From: an uncultured Gammaproteobacteria bacterium
GTDB taxonomy: Bacteria; Patescibacteriota; Microgenomatia; Levybacterales; UBA12049
Direction of reading: 5' to 3'
NCBI GenBank assembly: GCA_965230895.1
Contig: OZ246394.1
Span: 980,668-1,044,667 of the forward strand
DNA: 64,000 bases
Position 1 is the stretch's first letter. Every line of letters starts with the position of its first letter. Below are positions 49,067 to 59,226 of the stretch, piece after piece. The position numbers and the translations under genes are program-made. The notes under the pieces were generated by a model. That model was not told the DNA's origin. It ran no database searches and saw only the letters and a program-made list of their open reading frames with translations.

Positions 49067-50071
49067 TTAAACGTCTGTAGATCCTTTGTAGACCTTAGGT
49101 GTCAGCCAATCGAGTGGCGGAGCATCATCTTGTTGATCTGCTGTTTGTGCTGCAGGCTGTGGCGCAGGTTGAGGTGCGGGCGCTTGAGCCGGAGCCGGTG
49201 CTGCTTGTGGTCTCGGTGCTGGAGCTGGCTGCGGTCGTGGAGCTGGCGCTGGTTGTTGTGTTGGTCTTGGTTGCGCTTGTGGTCTTGGTGCTGGGATCGC
49301 ATCTGCTGCTTGGTCAGCATATTGTCTTGGCGCTGGTTGTCCACTAACTCTTCGTGCTCCACGCTTCATTAAGAATGCTGAAACTTCAAATGCTAAAGAA
49401 CTTGTTCGTGGATCTTGGAAATTCTTTGTCGCAGTCATAATACCACTTAATAAATTCTGTGCTGCATCTTGTTCGATCTGGAATCCAAGTGTCAAAACAA
49501 TATCTGCAACATGTTCACTGATAGATGAAGATTGAGGATCGATAAGAACGATATCACCATAACCTTGGTTGTTTGCTTTATTATCAATGTTAATAATACT
49601 GATATTTGAGAACTTCTGTTCATCAAAAACATCACCAAGATCAGAAAGACTTGCAGCACCTACGGTAATTAAAAGATCAATCGTACCACTACCACGTGTG
49701 TATCGAACATCTTGCTCATCAAAGGAAAGACCTTGTTCTGAAGCTTTTACAATAATGTTCAAGAAATTATTTTCAAGTGTATATGAAACTTTTTCGATCT
49801 CTCCTTCTTGATATGGGAAAGATACCACTAAATCACCTGCGTCTCCGCCAAATGCGCGTTGTACTTTATTAATTCCAACTAATGAAGAAATTTCTACTAT
49901 AGGGTCTGATGGACTTGCAATACTCACTTTCTTGTTTGCATTCTTAAGAAGTAAATAAAGCGCAAGAGCTGCACCCATCTCATCGACTGAAGGTTCACGG
50001 CCAACGGCAATACCAATACTATTGCTTTTGCCAATTGCATCTTTAAGTTTTTGAATTATATTTTTATCCAT
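49067..50071 (-). CDS. DHH-family (NrnA-like) protein with degenerate catalytic motifs and Pro/Ala/Gln-rich C-terminal tail
   Basis: 334 aa. Occupies the position held by NrnA/CnpB-like DHH genes in actinobacterial nusA-infB-rbfA operons. By-eye alignment suggests DHH motif I (REPSVDEMG) and the DHH and GGGH motifs are replaced (IDNKA, RGARR). About 80-aa tail of PAPRPQ-type repeats. Confidence 0.5.
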   Translation of the reverse strand: MDKNIIQKLKDAIGKSNSIGIAVGREPSVDEMGAALALYLLLKNANKKVSIASPSDPIVEISSLVGINKVQRAFGGDAGDLVVSFPYQEGEIEKVSYTLENNFLNIIVKASEQGLSFDEQDVRYTRGSGTIDLLITVGAASLSDLGDVFDEQKFSNISIINIDNKANNQGYGDIVLIDPQSSSISEHVADIVLTLGFQIEQDAAQNLLSGIMTATKNFQDPRTSSLAFEVSAFLMKRGARRVSGQPAPRQYADQAADAIPAPRPQAQPRPTQQPAPAPRPQPAPAPRPQAAPAPAQAPAPQPAPQPAAQTADQQDDAPPLDWLTPKVYKGSTDV

Positions 50072-50099
50072 AAGTTTCGCTCAATTCTGCCTAACAGAA

Positions 50100-51572
50100 C
50101 TAACTATGGGATATTATCATATCTCCTACTTGTATGTCAAGCCCCCCTGCTAATACTACTCCTGCTTCATTTCCTTTCTCAACTTTAGAGGTTGGATTCT
50201 TACCAATACGTAGAGATTGCATTGTAGTTTCGCCTACAACATCATCTCCACGAAGCACTCTGAGTCTATCACCACGAGCAATTCTTCCATCAAGCACTGA
50301 GATACCAAATGCAAATGTCTTTTCAAAAGGGAACTTCGCAAGAATTTTTGCGGTTCCAAATATTTGTTCCATCTGTGACTGTAATTTACCTTCCAAAGCA
50401 TCACTCACTTCATCGAGCATTTCATAAATAATTTCATAATTTCGAAGAAGTACTTTCTCCGCGAAGGCAAAACTTATTAAATCTGGCTTTACCTTAGTAT
50501 TGAAGCTCAACAAGATACTTCCAGTTGATTTCGCTAACAGAACATCCGCCTCACTTACTTCACCAGTTTTCTGTTGAACAATTTTGATCCCTTCAGGAAA
50601 TGCATTTACAATAGCCTCTAAAGAACCCTGTGAATCAGCAACCAAAACAACTGAAATACCTTTATGCTCTTCTGCTCTTTGATAGACTAACTCTTTCTTC
50701 AACGATTGCTCTTCTTGTTGCGGAACTGAAGCTTTGGCGTGTTCTTTATCTGTAATAATACTTCCAACCTGAGGAACACTTGTAAATCCGAGTATTTCAA
50801 CAGCATCCCCAACAGTTACAGACTGAACTGGTTTACCCAGAGTATTTAATAATGTCCTAATCTTAAAAACTTGACCATCAATCTGGACCTCTTCACGAAC
50901 TGACATACTCCCATTCTTGATAATCGCAGTTGCTTTTGCGCCAGCACGATTGTCCAAACGTGATTCGATAACAACAGCAGACAATGGAGCATCAGCTCGG
51001 ATATCCTCTGCGTACGTAGGAGATCGATGCATATCAAACATAAGCAGGATTAAATCTAGGAGCTCCTTAATGTTATGACCTGTTTTTGCAGATACAGCAA
51101 TAACAGGAGTTTCTCCTCCATACCCTTCAAGCTGAATTCCTTCACCTAAAATTTCTTGTTTTACTTTTTCAGCATTAGCGGTTGGTAAATCAGATTTCGT
51201 TAAGACGACGATAAAATTAGTTTTTGCATCCTTCAGAACTTGGATACTTTCCTTTGTTTGAGGCTTGATACCATCACCTGCTGAGACAATGAGCAAACAA
51301 AGATCTGCAGCTTGCGCTCCACGACCTCGCATTTTATTAAATGCTTCGTGACCAGGAGTATCTATAAATGTAATCCATCGGTTTTCTCCTTCGTGATTGA
51401 TTTCAACTTCAGAAGCACCAATCTTCTGGGTAATACCACCTTTTTCTCGGTCAGCGATAGAACTTTTACGGATAGCATCAAGAAGCGTCGTTTTCCCATG
51501 ATCGACATGCCCAAGTACCGCAACTACAGGCGGAAATTGTTTTTGTGATGATGGTGTATCTTTTTTAGACAT
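50100..51572 (-). CDS. infB: Translation initiation factor IF-2, minimal form
   Basis: 490 aa; the G domain starts at residue ~15 (VVAVLGHVDHGKTTLLDAIR), followed by domain II and the C-terminal domains; none of the long N-terminal region of typical bacterial IF2 is present. Confidence 0.9.
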   Translation of the reverse strand: MSKKDTPSSQKQFPPVVAVLGHVDHGKTTLLDAIRKSSIADREKGGITQKIGASEVEINHEGENRWITFIDTPGHEAFNKMRGRGAQAADLCLLIVSAGDGIKPQTKESIQVLKDAKTNFIVVLTKSDLPTANAEKVKQEILGEGIQLEGYGGETPVIAVSAKTGHNIKELLDLILLMFDMHRSPTYAEDIRADAPLSAVVIESRLDNRAGAKATAIIKNGSMSVREEVQIDGQVFKIRTLLNTLGKPVQSVTVGDAVEILGFTSVPQVGSIITDKEHAKASVPQQEEQSLKKELVYQRAEEHKGISVVLVADSQGSLEAIVNAFPEGIKIVQQKTGEVSEADVLLAKSTGSILLSFNTKVKPDLISFAFAEKVLLRNYEIIYEMLDEVSDALEGKLQSQMEQIFGTAKILAKFPFEKTFAFGISVLDGRIARGDRLRVLRGDDVVGETTMQSLRIGKNPTSKVEKGNEAGVVLAGGLDIQVGDMIISHS

Positions 51573-51671
51573 ATTGTTTTGAAGAGTTGGAGAGGCATTC
51601 AGAGGATGTTTGAAGTAAGAGTTCTTTTTACATGTAATGTTTCATCGCATTTCTCATAACATTCAAGATTC

Positions 51672-52682
51672 TTACTTCTCTTCTGAATCTGATTTCTCAG
51701 CTTCAGAATCCTCAGTTGCTTCTACCGCAACTCCATCTTTTCCTTCAATTTCAATTCGGTATTTTGTCAATTTGTATGCAAGTCGTACATTTTGGCCATC
51801 TTTTCCAATTGCCAAAGATAATTCATCTTGTGGGACAAATACATGTGCAACTTTTTCAGCTTCATCAATTTCTACACGAACATTCTTTGCTGGAGAGAGC
51901 GCTTGAGCAATATATGTTGCAGTATCCTCAGACCATTGGATGATATCAATCTTTTCAAGTCCACCCAATTCTTGGATGATAGCTTGTACTCTTACACCCT
52001 TTTGTCCCACGCATGAACCGACTGGATCGATACCTGGTTGTGTTGAGAAAACAGCAATCTTTGCTCTATTTCCAGGCTCACGAACAACTGCTTTAATTTC
52101 GACACTACCTTGTGCAACTTCTGGAACTTCTCGCTTAAATAATCCTTCAAGTAAACCATTATGCGCTCGGGAAACAACAATTTCTTCACCTTTTGAACCT
52201 TGGCGAATTTCAGAAAGGAAAAATACCAATCTTTGATTCAAATGATATTTTTCATTTGAAATTTGCTCTGAAACAGGCATAATGGCCTCAGCTTTCCCTA
52301 TATCAACAATGATATTTGGACCTGCAAATCGAAGTACCATACCATTTACAATTTGTCCAATTTTAACTCGGTAATCAGTAAATATTGCTTCCTTTTCTTT
52401 CTCTCTTATTTTCTGGAGAATAACTTGCTTTGCAGTTTGCGCAGCAATACGTCCGAATCCTGGAGGTGTAACATCCTTATCATTTTGGAAAATTTTTGCT
52501 TCACCTGAATTAGGATCCAATACTGCTCGGTATTCATCAACCTCAACACCAGGGTGATCTTTCCGATATGCTGCCAAGATAGCGTTCTGGACGGTATCAA
52601 GCACAACATCGACGTCAACCCCTCGTTCTGAGGCGACTTGATTTAAAGCTAATGCGAATTCACTACGTTGTATAGCTGGCAT
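51672..52682 (-). CDS. nusA: Transcription termination/antitermination factor NusA (no AR1/AR2 domains)
   Basis: N-terminal, S1, KH1 and KH2 domains. The ORF-track start at 52733 is a TTG; homology favours the ATG at 52682 (MPAIQRSEFALALNQVASERGVD...). Confidence 0.85.
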   Translation of the reverse strand: MPAIQRSEFALALNQVASERGVDVDVVLDTVQNAILAAYRKDHPGVEVDEYRAVLDPNSGEAKIFQNDKDVTPPGFGRIAAQTAKQVILQKIREKEKEAIFTDYRVKIGQIVNGMVLRFAGPNIIVDIGKAEAIMPVSEQISNEKYHLNQRLVFFLSEIRQGSKGEEIVVSRAHNGLLEGLFKREVPEVAQGSVEIKAVVREPGNRAKIAVFSTQPGIDPVGSCVGQKGVRVQAIIQELGGLEKIDIIQWSEDTATYIAQALSPAKNVRVEIDEAEKVAHVFVPQDELSLAIGKDGQNVRLAYKLTKYRIEIEGKDGVAVEATEDSEAEKSDSEEK

Positions 52683-52735
52683 AGAGCTTAGTATACCAGA
52701 TACAAGCGTAACCTTCAACCACCGCGTGGGCAAGA

Positions 52736-55700
52736 TTATGGAGCAACTTCGTTGGAGGTAATCGACTGTATACGAACTAACTCTGGTAGATTAACGACAA
52801 AATCGAGCCGCTGAACAATTTGAAGGGAAGGATTATCAAGATTATTACCGCATAGATCTCTATTATTCTGAAGCTTTCCACCTGATTGTGCTGCATTAAC
52901 GATGAGTACACCTGCAATGTTTAAGCGTAGATCTGCACAGGTGTTTGTACTTTGCATAATAAATGATTTATCTGTACTAAAGATTCCTGCAAGGTTTGTA
53001 GTACTGGAGCTTGGGGCAGACCCAACGGTTGGAGGGACGATAATATTTCCGGAGACGGAGAAAACGACTGTGGAACCGACAGGAGTAACAATATTCCCTT
53101 TAATAGTCAGGTTGCCATTAATAATAAACACATAATGTTGATTCGCCGGGAAAGTAAATCCATTCAAGGAGACGTCACCTGTTGCAGTATACGTTCCTTG
53201 TGGTAGCGTAACTGGCAACGTGCAATTCGAAAGAGTACAAATCGTTGATAGATTTGTTGGAGTCGTATCAGAGGCTTTTACTTTCGCACTGAGATAATCA
53301 TACGATGAGAAAATACCTCCGCTATTTGATGGCACATAAACTTCAGGATATGAATAACCTCCAACAACTTGATTTGTGCTCGATGCTTGACCTACTCCAA
53401 ATTCAGCCTGAGAATCACCAGTAAAGATTACGCCAGGTGTACTACAAGTTGGATTTGAGGTCATCATTGTTTTACCTTCTGGGACTGGATTATCAATACC
53501 ATTATCCATACGTAACTCTCCGCATTGTACCTGCATCCACGGATTGAAGTTTGTGAGATAGTAATTTAAGTTCGAAATATCACCCGGAAGCGTTGTTACA
53601 GTACCGGTCCTACTTTCTTCATTTCCAAATGTATTCATATTATTTAATCCTGAAGCATATTCAGCTTCGATCCAATCTGCAGAACGAGCAACTCTCGCCA
53701 TACGTACTTCGTCAATTTTTCCATCAAAGCACCATGCATAATCAGCCGAGCACGCACCATTGATATCAGCTTGTCCAATTGATGAAGCCTGTGTACCATA
53801 GTCACGTAAAGTCCCGGTATAAGTATTCCCATTGCGTAAAGCTCCATCTACATAGAGGTTCTCCCGCTTTGTTGCCGTATCAACGGTCTCAGCAACGTGG
53901 CGCCAGGTTCCAGAAGTATAAGGAGAAGCGCTTGCACCATAAGCAGTACCTGAAGTGTTATAAACAGTTGAAAACCAGTTACTTCCACTCGCAAAACGAA
54001 GTCCAGTATGCTGCCCTCTTTTTCCTACAACGAAATAATCGTTAAGTCCTGAGCTATTTGGATTTGTATCGGGATTTGCCCAAGCTGTATACGTGAAATT
54101 AGCTTCTGTCAAATCCTGCAGGCTTGAGGAATTAGGAATTGTTATTTTATCGTTTCCGGATGTTCCTCCGTCAAAGTTTTGAGCATTTCCAATTCTTCCA
54201 GCATTTGTACTTAAAGTGAAACCGCTTGCTGTTCCATTATTTGCATTCGAGGTTGAATCAATAACAGTTGTTCCAGACGTTTCAGCCATATGGTAAACGG
54301 CGGCATACCCATTGCTCCAGACATTAGCCTTATTTTGTCCATCAGCTGCATTAGAATTATTGTAGTACATCCAAATATAGTCAGCGTTTGAATTTGCATC
54401 AATTTGAGGAACTTTAACCCAAAGATCCGACGTTCCGTTTTCATCCCATTTTTCAATTTCATGTGCCAATAACGTCACTCCATCAGCGTCTACAAAGCGA
54501 ACATCCTGACCTAGGTTCTGAGTTTTTGCGTAATCCACATTTGTGCTATTCAACGAAACTCTCAAGGGGAAATTGACTAAGCTTTCTGCTGATGCTGTGT
54601 TATTGATAGTTATCTTTTTTCGGGATAACCATTTCGGATCCCACCAGTCTATTGTAGGTTCTTCAGCTGAGATACCATCACTCGTGTAAACTTCAATTCC
54701 AGAAAGATTAAAATCCCCTCCTGTTTGGAAAAAGGACAGACTTCCATCTGAAACTGTTACATGATATGGTCCAAGCTTTTTCCAGGTTCCTGCGTTACCA
54801 CTTTGCAAATTAGACTCCTTTGCTACCCCTTCAAAACCAATATTATATGTGGTCGATGTAGTATCTTCCCAAGTATAAACATATACTGAATACTCTCCAT
54901 TGGTTATGGGAATTTCTGCGTTCAGTTGGATATTGCCGCCTCTCCATATTGAAGATCGTAGCATTTGTGCCTTATTTGCACTAACTGAAGGACTTAACGT
55001 AATTCCTTGGTTCTGGAAATTTGTACCATTTGTTGTAATTCCTGCTGCAGATTGAGCTTGAAATGTTGTACCATCTACGTCTAATTGTGGTCCGTTAAAG
55101 TTCACTGCTTTTATAAGAGTATTCGCTGGCAGCGTTGAACTTGGTGTTCCTTCATACAATTGCACATCGTCGATCCAAACTGTTCCAGTTGCAGTTGCAA
55201 CTTGGAATCCTACAAGAGCATTATCTGTTGTTTCTGTTGGCTGGAATGTATATGTATATTGCTGCCAACTACTCGTAAGCGATGCAGTCTTGCGAGTGTA
55301 AAGAGTATACGGATCATTCCCGTTTTGGACAATCGCATCCATAGTCCTGTTTCCCGAGGCCTTTGCCCAAAAGCTTAATGTATAGGTTTTGCCTGCAGAA
55401 ACTGGGACGCCGTAGGTTGCAAGTTCTAAATCTTGAAGATTGCTCGTCGTCGTAGTAACGACTATTTGCGCAGAATATGCTCCATGTGTGCTTGTTGCAT
55501 TTGTAGCTGTAAATGTACCATTTGCGCTGCCTTTTTTTTGTAAGAACCAATCCGTGGTCCCCAATTCATAACTCCAATTCTGGACAAGATTCTGCCGACT
55601 GCCTGGAGTAGGAGTCACCGTAGCAGCATCGATCAATTCCATATCATCAACATAGAAACTGTTCCCAGAGACAGCTGAATCCTGGACGATATAATAATCA

Positions 55701-56185
55701 ATACTATCAACCGCTGAAGTAACTGTTACCGTAGCAGTAATTTTTTGCCAATCAGTAGTCAGATTGACGATAGGACCAGAAGTCATCGTTTTGTTACTAC
55801 CTGTCCATTGCCTCAAGATGATATGAATCGGTTTCCCAACAGCAGTTGTTGATCGAACCCAAGCTGTTGCGGTATATGTTTTCCCTACCGGAGGATTGGT
55901 AATTGGATCTTGGTTATCATCTATTGTGTAGTAGTCTCCAACTGATCTTGTTACCAGACAAGATGCAGACCCACTATGTGCGACATTTGTCACCCGTGTT
56001 AACGTTCCCTGATACGAATTCCATGAAGAAGTATTTGTTTCGCACCCGGGATTTGGGATCAGATTGGCATAAGCAATATTATGAATCGAACTTAATGAAA
56101 AAATTACCCCAGAAATAATAAGCATAAAAGCTAGTACTGTGAAGATGATTGAATGATGTTTTTTTGAAAGAAATATGCTTTTCAT
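52736..56185 (-). CDS. Large secreted surface protein: two CBM_4_9-like carbohydrate-binding modules, DUF2341 and LamG-like domains
   Basis: Start taken at the ATG at 56185 (MKSIFLSKKHHSIIFTVLAFMLI..., a signal anchor) rather than the TTG at 56236. Two repeats with NPGCE/NWSYE...W...VDDxxL CBM-like patterns, a DUF2341-like region (WWDPKWLSRKKITINN) and a concanavalin/LamG-like region. Ends 2-53 nt upstream of nusA. Confidence 0.6.
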   Translation of the reverse strand: MKSIFLSKKHHSIIFTVLAFMLIISGVIFSLSSIHNIAYANLIPNPGCETNTSSWNSYQGTLTRVTNVAHSGSASCLVTRSVGDYYTIDDNQDPITNPPVGKTYTATAWVRSTTAVGKPIHIILRQWTGSNKTMTSGPIVNLTTDWQKITATVTVTSAVDSIDYYIVQDSAVSGNSFYVDDMELIDAATVTPTPGSRQNLVQNWSYELGTTDWFLQKKGSANGTFTATNATSTHGAYSAQIVVTTTTSNLQDLELATYGVPVSAGKTYTLSFWAKASGNRTMDAIVQNGNDPYTLYTRKTASLTSSWQQYTYTFQPTETTDNALVGFQVATATGTVWIDDVQLYEGTPSSTLPANTLIKAVNFNGPQLDVDGTTFQAQSAAGITTNGTNFQNQGITLSPSVSANKAQMLRSSIWRGGNIQLNAEIPITNGEYSVYVYTWEDTTSTTYNIGFEGVAKESNLQSGNAGTWKKLGPYHVTVSDGSLSFFQTGGDFNLSGIEVYTSDGISAEEPTIDWWDPKWLSRKKITINNTASAESLVNFPLRVSLNSTNVDYAKTQNLGQDVRFVDADGVTLLAHEIEKWDENGTSDLWVKVPQIDANSNADYIWMYYNNSNAADGQNKANVWSNGYAAVYHMAETSGTTVIDSTSNANNGTASGFTLSTNAGRIGNAQNFDGGTSGNDKITIPNSSSLQDLTEANFTYTAWANPDTNPNSSGLNDYFVVGKRGQHTGLRFASGSNWFSTVYNTSGTAYGASASPYTSGTWRHVAETVDTATKRENLYVDGALRNGNTYTGTLRDYGTQASSIGQADINGACSADYAWCFDGKIDEVRMARVARSADWIEAEYASGLNNMNTFGNEESRTGTVTTLPGDISNLNYYLTNFNPWMQVQCGELRMDNGIDNPVPEGKTMMTSNPTCSTPGVIFTGDSQAEFGVGQASSTNQVVGGYSYPEVYVPSNSGGIFSSYDYLSAKVKASDTTPTNLSTICTLSNCTLPVTLPQGTYTATGDVSLNGFTFPANQHYVFIINGNLTIKGNIVTPVGSTVVFSVSGNIIVPPTVGSAPSSSTTNLAGIFSTDKSFIMQSTNTCADLRLNIAGVLIVNAAQSGGKLQNNRDLCGNNLDNPSLQIVQRLDFVVNLPELVRIQSITSNEVAP

Positions 56186-56186
56186 A

Positions 56187-59132
56187 TTATTCACACTTCG
56201 CTCCAGTTGCGCCATTTGTATTACATTCTGGGCCAAGTGTCACTTGAAATGATGGAGGAGGTCCATTGAGCGGATATGTCATCCTGTATCCAGTCGTCAG
56301 AGGAGAAACAAGGGAAACAGTATACGTTCCAGGAGGCAAAGCTCCACTAGAATACGATCCGTTTGAAGTTTCAACAGTTTTCCTCGTCGGTCCTGAGAAG
56401 AAAATAAGCATAGGATCAGTAATAAGTGTGTCTGGTGGCGCGAGATTAAGATCCTTATCAAAGTCTTTAACAATATTTCCTGAGATAGTAAATCCTGTCG
56501 CATTCCCAAAATCGATATTATCGTAGGAATTTCCAGATTCGACACTTAAATTATATGCTTTTGTATCAGTTGTCTGATACCAACCCGCCTGCACAACTTC
56601 TGTGAATGTAAAATCCTTCGTACATAATCCTGTAAATGAGAACTGGCCTGCTGAATTCGTCTTGGCGGTGATAGGAACGTCCAAATCTTCTGCTGAAGCC
56701 TGAACTGTCCAGTTATACAAGGGAAGGTCGCCTCCATCGTATACTTTATTTGTATTCTTGTCATTGAAGATCATACCGTTAACGACACCGGTTCCAATAT
56801 CTTCTGCAATACTTTGATAAATTGATTCAAGTGTTGAAGTAGATGGAGAATTGTAGAATCTTCCACCGTTCGTATCAGCAAGCTGTTGCATAAAGATAGG
56901 ATCAAACGAGCCGGATCCTTGTCCAATACCAATAACTTGATAGATAATGTTTTGTGCATTTACACCGTTAATTGTGGCGGTCATAGCAGCATTTTCAGCA
57001 GCATCAATAGAGACATTTCCCCCATTTGAACCAATTATTTGATTTGTAGCACCATCTGTCATAACAATGACAACTTTTTGAGCATTTCTTGTAGATCTAC
57101 TAAGCTCTCCATTCCCTAAAACAATTCCGCACTCTACACATGTACCGCCTCCATTATCTGGGACTGCACTAATAGCGTTTTTAATAGCGGATGTATTCGT
57201 AGTAAGTGGTTGAGAAACACGGGTATTCACATCATTTGGATAATTATTACTCCCTGAGAAAACAGTCAATCCATATTGTGCATTTTTGACATGAGAAGAG
57301 ACAATATCGATGAAGCTACTTGCTGCCCGCTTTGCGGCAAGCATTTTTGTCATACCTGTTGTTGGATCTGTTTCTTGCATACTTCCAGAATCATCAAATA
57401 CAAGCATAATATCGACACCATTTGCACTACATGATCCTCCGACCTTTGTAGTCGTACTTTCGACAATACCAAAGTTAACCGTCTTATCTGTCGAAAGCGG
57501 AAAATTAAGCGAATTTGCAGTAGTACTTCGATAACCGGTTGGCGTATCAACCCGAATTGTATAGTCACCGCTCGCCTGATCAGCAAAGAGATAGCCTCCA
57601 CTAACATCTGTTGTTTTTGTAACAGGTGTCGTCTTCGTCAATGTAACTGTTGCTCCCTGATAAAGCGGTTCACTCGGATCTAATAACCCATTCTTATTTA
57701 AATCTATAAATACTTTTCCGGTAACGTTATAAAGTGTTACCATTCCGAATTCAACTGTTTTCGCAGGCGTTCCTCCAGCAGTACCTGCAGTAGAAGGAGG
57801 AGCAAAGGTAATTGTCTGAGTGTTTGTTGTTGTACTCTTTTTCTTGGCAGGAAGTGTATATGTGATTGTATATGTTCCTGCAAAAAGATTTGGGAAAGAG
57901 AAATTTCCGGAGTTATCTGTTACAGCAGAACCTGTAGCAGTACCCGAGAGTACAATTGTTACCCCAGGTTCCACAGAGTCGCCATTACCTCGTTTTCCAT
58001 CTTCATTTTTATCTTCAAAAATCGCTCCTGAGATAGTAAAAAGAGGTACAATTCCGAAATTGAGTGTTCTATTTGGCCCTACTGTAAAATTCGCTTCCGA
58101 TGGCGTTGATGCCTGATAATTAGCGGGCAAAGGGAATTCCGCGTTATAGGTACCAGCAAAAAGCTGTGCTGTATAGCTCCCATCTGAGGCACTTCGCGCA
58201 GTTACGGTAGTAGGACCAGTAAATGTAATTGTGCCTCCAGTGTAATTACCATCACCATTATCGTCGACACTGTTTCTGTTATTGTCTAAAAATATCATTC
58301 CGGAAACTGTGTAATATTGTGCAACTCCAAAGCTTACCGACTGATTCGAGTTTAGCGTCACAGATCTTGGATTTGTATTTGTAGCCTTATATCCCCCTGG
58401 AACAGCGATTGTCACAGTATAGGTTCCAGCAAACAATGCCGGGAAAGTGAAATCTCCATTTTCATCGGTTGTTGTACTTGTTGATGTTGGACCTGACACA
58501 GAAACAGTTATGCCACTATTTCCTGATTCACCAGCATCCTTTGTTGTATCAATATCTGTATCTGTAAATACATTTCCTGAAAGAGTATGGACAAAACCAA
58601 TACCAAAATTAACAGTTTTATTGGATGTTAGAGAAACAGATTGTGGATTTGTCGAAGTATTTTTATAACCATTTGGGACAGTAATCGTAACTGTATAATC
58701 ACCCCTCGGAAGAGTCACAGAATATCCTCCCGTTAAACTTGTCGTTGTTGTTGTAGACGAGGCTCCAGTAATTGTAACAGTAACGCCACTCACCCCAGCT
58801 TCAAGTGTATCTTTATTTCCATTTGCATTTGCATCAACATAAATAGTTCCTGAAAGAACTGCCGTTGGAATAGGTGTAGGAGTCGGAGTGGATGTCGGAG
58901 GAGCAGGAGTTGGAGTGCTTGATGGTGTCGGAGATGCAACTACCTGTGCAATCAAATCACCAAGTACTCCTTGCTGCTTTTTTTCTTGCTGAGGCATAAT
59001 TAACTGCTCAATTTGTTGCAGTTTTTCTGGGTAAAAGATACTTGCAGCACTTGTAATAATTCCTACAAAAACAATCGCGACAAAAACTGTATTGATAATT
59101 TTAAAAACATTTAATCGAGGTTTTTTTAACAT
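56187..59132 (-). CDS. Large surface adhesin-like protein: N-terminal TM anchor, Pro/Thr linker, multiple SdrD-B/CnaB-type Ig-like repeats and a von Willebrand factor A domain
   Basis: 981 aa. Repeated about 100-aa units of the form GxxxxDxNxNGxxD...GYxxTxxN...NFG; vWA with a MIDAS-like DDSGSM...TDG; N-terminal TM helix FVAIVFVGIITSAASIF. Confidence 0.65.
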   Translation of the reverse strand: MLKKPRLNVFKIINTVFVAIVFVGIITSAASIFYPEKLQQIEQLIMPQQEKKQQGVLGDLIAQVVASPTPSSTPTPAPPTSTPTPTPIPTAVLSGTIYVDANANGNKDTLEAGVSGVTVTITGASSTTTTTSLTGGYSVTLPRGDYTVTITVPNGYKNTSTNPQSVSLTSNKTVNFGIGFVHTLSGNVFTDTDIDTTKDAGESGNSGITVSVSGPTSTSTTTDENGDFTFPALFAGTYTVTIAVPGGYKATNTNPRSVTLNSNQSVSFGVAQYYTVSGMIFLDNNRNSVDDNGDGNYTGGTITFTGPTTVTARSASDGSYTAQLFAGTYNAEFPLPANYQASTPSEANFTVGPNRTLNFGIVPLFTISGAIFEDKNEDGKRGNGDSVEPGVTIVLSGTATGSAVTDNSGNFSFPNLFAGTYTITYTLPAKKKSTTTNTQTITFAPPSTAGTAGGTPAKTVEFGMVTLYNVTGKVFIDLNKNGLLDPSEPLYQGATVTLTKTTPVTKTTDVSGGYLFADQASGDYTIRVDTPTGYRSTTANSLNFPLSTDKTVNFGIVESTTTKVGGSCSANGVDIMLVFDDSGSMQETDPTTGMTKMLAAKRAASSFIDIVSSHVKNAQYGLTVFSGSNNYPNDVNTRVSQPLTTNTSAIKNAISAVPDNGGGTCVECGIVLGNGELSRSTRNAQKVVIVMTDGATNQIIGSNGGNVSIDAAENAAMTATINGVNAQNIIYQVIGIGQGSGSFDPIFMQQLADTNGGRFYNSPSTSTLESIYQSIAEDIGTGVVNGMIFNDKNTNKVYDGGDLPLYNWTVQASAEDLDVPITAKTNSAGQFSFTGLCTKDFTFTEVVQAGWYQTTDTKAYNLSVESGNSYDNIDFGNATGFTISGNIVKDFDKDLNLAPPDTLITDPMLIFFSGPTRKTVETSNGSYSSGALPPGTYTVSLVSPLTTGYRMTYPLNGPPPSFQVTLGPECNTNGATGAKCE

Positions 59133-59226
59133 GCGTAATAAGAAGAGACTTCTCTCCCTATAACCATTATAGGAAGTTACTCCGCCTCAGGCAATGCTAA
59201 GATTTTAAGAAAGGATAGGAGAGAAA

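Noticed and set aside
49099-49372. Several 80-86-aa ORFs rich in L/V/W/R/C
   Set aside because: Antisense or alternate frames of the Pro/Ala/Gln-repeat tail of the DHH gene.
56187-56236. Apparent 50-nt overlap between the two giant surface-protein ORFs
   Set aside because: The downstream ORF's track start is a TTG; the in-frame ATG at 56185 (MKSIF..., signal peptide) removes the overlap.
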